This document shows positions 61,190-64,000 of a DNA stretch of 64,000 nt, piece after piece. This stretch comes from Eledone cirrhosa. Taxonomy: Eukaryota. The stretch is from the NCBI GenBank assembly GCA_964016885.1, contig OZ024743.1, forward strand, positions 54,374,001 through 54,438,000. The letters are read 5' to 3'. A program made the position numbers and the translations under genes. Numbering within the stretch: the stretch's first letter is position 1; every line of letters begins with the position of its first letter. The notes under the pieces are model-generated. The model ran no database searches, was not told where the DNA came from, and saw only the letters and a program-made list of their open reading frames with translations.

Positions 61190-61840
61190 AAATCCTTATG
61201 AGACGAAGAACTTACCTCTCAAACCAGTTAAATGTACAACAGAAGAACAAGAAGGAACCCTATCTGAAACAGGCAAAACTTGAAACTGCACTCAAGTTTT
61301 CCTATGAGAAGGAGAGGGCAGAGAGAGAAGCCAGGCCCACAGAAAATATTAAAACAAACCATAAGTCCTTTAAATTTGCAAAAGAAACTGCCTCAGTATA
61401 CTGCATGACTAGGCTACTCTTCCATAAAAATGGTTCCTTAACCGAGGACCCCCAAGGGATAAGTGAAATACTGAATGAACAATACAAAAGTGTGTTCACA
61501 CTCCTATTGAGGCACATGCAAATAACAAAGCCAGAGTATTTATTTGATGCCACAACACTCCACGAAGAAATGGTGACCATCAACCACATAGACATAATGG
61601 AGGAAAATCTGATATCCACCATAGAAAAAATTAGAACAAACTCAACTGCTGGACCTGATTGATTCCTAGCAGTCCTCCTAAAACATGCAAGCGTCCCCTA
61701 GCAAGACCACTGAAGATCCTCTCCAGAATTTCTTTGGCTATCTGTAAACTACAAAGGAGAAAGCAAAACGGAGGCCAAAATATACAGACCAGTCTCCCTG
61801 ACGTCACATATCAGTAAGATCATGGAAATGTGAGAGATCT
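61190..61840 (+). mobile_element. Degenerate CR1-like LINE internal fragment
   Basis: ENIKTNHKSF, SEILNEQYKSVFT, NSTAGPD and YRPVSLTSHISKIME: the region upstream of and overlapping the start of the 35.9 kb copy. Confidence 0.75.
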
Positions 61841-61842
61841 GC

Positions 61843-61995
61843 ATGGTATGCTTCGAAAGGCATGCTTGCTGGAAACAGTAAAAACCCTCCGATACGTCCT
61901 GAATATCTGAGGCTGCAGGTAGCGGCTTGATATTCATTTCAACAAACTTTCCAGTTAAATAACATCAATGACTGAGACTCAAAGAACAATAAAAA
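61843..61995 (+). mobile_element. Short 3' fragment of the (TAA)-type Dong-like LINE
   Basis: LRKACLLETVKTLRYVLNI* plus 3' UTR, matching the reverse complement of about 62730-62875. Confidence 0.8.
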
Positions 61996-62126
61996 TAGAA
62001 TATGTATACGATGCAAAACTGGTTCTTTGTTCCCTTATATATTAATACTATTGATACTCTGCTCCCCAAGAGCATCGAGTGCTCATTCGGCATACCGCCT
62101 ACGGATGCAATTGATTCGCACCTTTA

Positions 62127-62222
<96 letters not shown>

Positions 62223-62309
62223 CGTTTCTGAATTTGCTTAGCAAGATTCTTATCTTGATGGCGTAGGACAGAACAAAGTAGAGGCACAAAACAAAGAGAA
62301 GAATCCCCA

Positions 62310-62352
62310 GTCACTGAACAGGTCACAGAATGTGTGACGAAAGAACTTTGAC
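62310..62352 (+). ncRNA. Degenerate minimal hammerhead
   Basis: GUCA-CUGAACAG-GUCACA(GAAUG)UGUGAC-GAAAG-AA-CUU^UGAC: all three stems pair, G8 is changed to C. Lies in a (TA)n-flanked insert. Confidence 0.55.
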
Positions 62353-62510
62353 AATATATGAACAACCGTCCGGTTGTGGAACCAACCAACCGGAAATTTA
62401 TAAATTCTTAAATTTATAAATTTAATTTATAATAAATTGGAGTGAACGCAACTGGTGCATGTGTTTCTTATTGGCAACATGGCCCTCCCAAAGTATAACA
62501 ATATATATAT

Positions 62511-62564
<54 letters not shown>

Positions 62565-62700
62565 CCTATGTTTCATTGTGGTTTCCAGAGTCAGGTTCGA
62601 TCAGTAATCGATCGTTCCTCGAAGTGATCGACAGTGAAACATATGTAATATGTAATTAAATATGTATATGATGCAACACTGATTCTTTGTTCCCTTATAT

Positions 62701-63950
62701 ATTATTATCATTATTATCATTATTATTATTATTGTTCTTTGAGTCTCATTCATTGATGTTAATTAAATGGAAAGTCTGTTTGAATGAATATCAACCCACT
62801 ACCTGCAACCTCAGACATTCAGGGCATATCGGAGGGTTCTTGCCGTTCCCAGCAAGCATGCTTTTTGAAGTGTTCCAAAAAGCGGGGCTGGACTAATCTT
62901 CTTTAACCATATCTGGAAACTTTTTGAGATAGTACCTAGTGCGCCTATGACAATCGGGACCACTTTGATTTCATGGCAGTTCCAAATCCTTTTTACCCCC
63001 CACTTTAAGTCCTGGTATCGATTAATTTTCTCCCTCTCCTTCTCTTGCACTCTCGTGTCGAATGGGCAGGCCACATCTACAAACAGGCACGATCTTTTTT
63101 CCTTGTCCACAACCACCAGGTCAGGCCTATTGTGTTCTAATTTCTTGTCCGTCTGTATCCTAAAATCCCATAGCACATTCACCTGATCGTTTTCTATCAC
63201 CGACTCTGGCTTATGTTCATACCACTTCTCAGATGTGGTAAATTGTTTAGTTTGCAAAGATGCCAGTGGATCACTTTGCCTATCACATCATGTCTCCAGC
63301 CTTTATAGTGAGTCTGGGCTAGGTGGTTACAACCGGATACAATGTGAGCCACAGTCTCCTCTCTCTCTCCACAGATACTGCACAGTGAGCTAGCCTCCTC
63401 CTTGTCAATATGGTGTTTCACCCACTTCATTCTGAGGGCTTGCTCTTGAGCATCCATTAGCATTCCTTCTGTAGCTTTTTTAAGGTCTCATCTTTTTAAC
63501 TAGTTCCATGTCTGTGGATCTCTAAATTCCGTTTTCTTAAAGAAGGTACCATGAAAGGATTTTTCATGAAGGTTGCTCTTCCTCCTTGTTGTTATTTCCT
63601 CCTTGGTCATCCTCTGGTCTATTGTCTTTTCCTTCAGTACAATTTTGAGCACTGTCAGTCACGTATTTGTGTAGGTTGTTTTTCTCCATCTGAACACAGT
63701 CCTCTATTCTGATAAGACCTCTTCCACCTTCAGATCTCTTTAAGTAGAGTCTATCAACATCACTCCTCTTGTGGAACATGCTGTAGATAGTCATTAGCTT
63801 CCTAGTATTCCTATCTATTTCTTTTTGTTCAGCAACATTCCATTTCAGAATTCCCGCGCTGTACCTAAAAATAGACACAGCTCGGGAATTTACGGCACTT
63901 ATGACATTCCTACTGCTTAGATGTGATTTTAGTATGTTCCTTATTCTCTT
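62701..63950 (-). mobile_element. R4/Dong-like RLE LINE (second family) ending in a (TAA)n tail
   Basis: RYSAGILKW, DVDRLYLKRSEGGRGL, AQEQAL, CSIC..REETVAHIVSGC, RHD, LWDFRIQTD..HNRPD, EKINRYQDL, PIVIGALG and QKACLLGT. The 3' end runs into TAA repeats at 62701-62732. Confidence 0.9.
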
Positions 63951-63967
63951 GATTTATCATTATTATC

Positions 63968-64000
63968 GGTGGATTGGCAGTAATGGTAGAGGGTCAGACG
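63968..64000 (+). mobile_element. SINE family 1 start, cut by the window edge
   Basis: GGTGGATTGGCAGTAATGGTAGAGGGTCAGACG. Confidence 0.7.

Overview
AT-rich, microsatellite-dense eukaryotic (animal) genomic DNA. The SINE families, the (TA)n/(TG)n/(GA)n load and the TE mix suggest a mollusc such as an octopus; this is inference only. There is one clear host gene, an intronless MARCH-type RING-CH E3 ubiquitin ligase (46810-48093, minus strand). The rest is mostly TE debris: a near full-length Tx1/L1-like LINE plus relics, CR1-like and RTE-like RT fragments, three restriction-like-endonuclease (R4/Dong- and HERO-like) LINE types, several Penelope-like elements (RT + GIY-YIG), two tRNA-derived SINE families, MITEs and a Helitron-derived insert. 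Most short ORFs in the ORF track are microsatellite artefacts. The most notable hidden layer is RNA-structural. About 15 type I hammerhead-ribozyme-like motifs from several sequence families sit in short inserts within (TA)n tracts or at Penelope 3' ends. Several are mirrored into near-perfect 110-340 bp DNA palindromes, and some carry non-canonical cores (U3-A8, C4). All folds were read by eye and none is experimentally or computationally validated.
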